Of a stretch of 64,000 nucleotides of DNA, positions 62,877 through 64,000 are shown in pieces. Position 1 is the stretch's first letter, and the number at the start of each line of letters is the position of its first letter. The translations under genes and the position numbers were made by a program. The stretch is taken from positions 103 through 64,102 of the forward strand of contig JBJEQR010000012.1 in assembly GCA_051881855.1 (NCBI GenBank). The letters run 5' to 3'. Below the pieces are notes generated by a model. That model was not told where the DNA came from and ran no database searches. It saw only the letters and a program-made list of their open reading frames with translations. This DNA comes from Oscillospiraceae bacterium. GTDB taxonomy: Bacteria; Bacillota; Clostridia; Oscillospirales; Ruminococcaceae.

Positions 62877-64000
62877 ATGGCAAAGGAAATTCTAAAACGA
62901 AGCGAGGTTCCGGAGGAATTTACATGGAATCTCAAGGACATGTTTGAAAGCGACGAAGCGTGGCTTGCGGAATATGAGGCTCTCAAAGAGATGCCCGCAA
63001 AGGTTGCCGCTTTCCGCGGCAAGCTCGGCGAAAGCGCCGCAAATCTGCTTGCGGCTTTTAAAGTGAATGACGAGCTTGACGTCCGCCTTGAAATGCTCTA
63101 TGGCTACGCCAGCTGCAAATGCGACCAGGACACCGCCAACAGCACCTATCAGGATTTCCGCGGCAAGGCTATGAGCGTCATCGTCGCCATTTCCAGCGCC
63201 GGTGCTTACACTTCCCCTGAGATCATGGCTATACCCGAGGAGACTCTCAACAGGTTCTATGAGGAGGAGCCTGAGCTTGAGACCTACCGCCGCAGCATTT
63301 ATAAAATCCGCCGCCGTGCCGAGCACATTCTCTCTCCTGAGTGCGAAGCTATCCTCTCCGCCGCAGGCGAAATGTCCGAGGCACCCCAGACCATTTCCAG
63401 CACCTTTGAAAATGCCGACCTCAAATTCCCGAATGTTGTGGACAAAGAGGGCAACACCCATCCTCTCACCGGCGGCTCCTTTGTGCCTCTCCTTGAGAGC
63501 CCCGACCAGGAGTTCAGAAAACAAGTCTTTGAAACCTATTATAACCGTCTCGGCGAGTTTAAAAACACCGTGGCCGCGACCCTTGACGCCCAGTTCAAGC
63601 AGCTTCGCTTCTTTGCTGACGCCCGCAAATATCCCAGCACCCTTGCCGCTTCCTTGGACCACACCGAGGTGCCCACCGAGGTATATACCAACCTCATTGA
63701 AGCTGTTCATGCAAACCTTGATAAAATGTACCGCTACGTCGCCCTTCGCAAAAAGATGCTCGGCGTAGACGAGCTACATATGTACGACGTATATACCCCC
63801 ATTGTTGCTGACGCCGCTGAGGAAATTCCCTTTGAGCAGGCGAAGGAGACCGTTCTCGAGGCTCTGCATGTTCTCGGCGACGACTATGTGGCGCTCCTCA
63901 AAGAGGGATTCAACAACCGCTGGATAGACGTCTATGAGAACGAGGGCAAACGCGGCGGAGCCTATTCCTCCGGAAACAGCCGCCCGCACCCCTACGTCCT
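62877..64000 (+). CDS. pepF: Oligoendopeptidase F, N-terminal ~374 aa (the 3' end lies outside the window)
   Basis: This ORF is absent from the ORF track because it has no stop in the window. My translation gives MAKEILKRSEVPEEFTWNLKDMFESDEAWL... through ...WIDVYENEGKRGGAYSSG, typical of M3B PepF. RBS GGAGG; promoter TTGCAA-17-TATAAT. Confidence 0.85.
   Translation, partial: MAKEILKRSEVPEEFTWNLKDMFESDEAWLAEYEALKEMPAKVAAFRGKLGESAANLLAAFKVNDELDVRLEMLYGYASCKCDQDTANSTYQDFRGKAMSVIVAISSAGAYTSPEIMAIPEETLNRFYEEEPELETYRRSIYKIRRRAEHILSPECEAILSAAGEMSEAPQTISSTFENADLKFPNVVDKEGNTHPLTGGSFVPLLESPDQEFRKQVFETYYNRLGEFKNTVAATLDAQFKQLRFFADARKYPSTLAASLDHTEVPTEVYTNLIEAVHANLDKMYRYVALRKKMLGVDELHMYDVYTPIVADAAEEIPFEQAKETVLEALHVLGDDYVALLKEGFNNRWIDVYENEGKRGGAYSSGNSRPHPYV

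Overview
This 64-kb window looks like chromosomal backbone from a spore-forming Firmicute. The gene content is Clostridia-type: yabP-yabQ-divIC-yabR, rplU-prp-rpmA-obg, long-form hpf, pcrA, lgt, folD, asnS, mini-RNase III and a DUF421/YetF protein. I call about 75 protein-coding genes, and all but three are on the + strand. They are tightly packed, with many ATGA stop/start overlaps and clear rho-independent terminators. There is one tRNA-Pro(CGG) and one cobalamin riboswitch. I saw no rRNA, CRISPR array, transposase, integrase, phage genes or recognisable defence genes. The first ~37 kb is mostly housekeeping. From the tRNA-Pro at 38.1 kb onward the content is more accessory: regulators, ABC exporters, detoxification-type enzymes, envelope modification and K+ uptake. 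I did not find a convincing, self-contained novel multi-gene system. The observations most worth follow-up are these. (1) A 97-bp promoter/operator cassette with a perfect 10-2-10 palindrome is shared by two operons 36 kb apart (yhfC-sdpR-sdpI and TetR-LytTR-membrane protein-ABC). (2) A cobalamin riboswitch has no cargo ORF; it is followed by tandem terminators and a SoxS-sized AraC regulator. (3) A monocistronic HIRAN-domain protein of otherwise unknown architecture lies next to tRNA-Pro. (4) A short KdpD/KdpE pair sits directly upstream of a Trk/Ktr-type operon rather than kdpFABC, and the gap between them holds five helically phased TCTCACA direct repeats. (5) A dltA-dltC pair lacks dltB/dltD and sits next to vanW. 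(6) A nitrogenase-like (NifD/K-family) gene is translationally coupled to an iron-chelate-type ABC importer at the left edge. All protein family calls rest on my own recognition of motifs in the translated ORFs, not on database searches.
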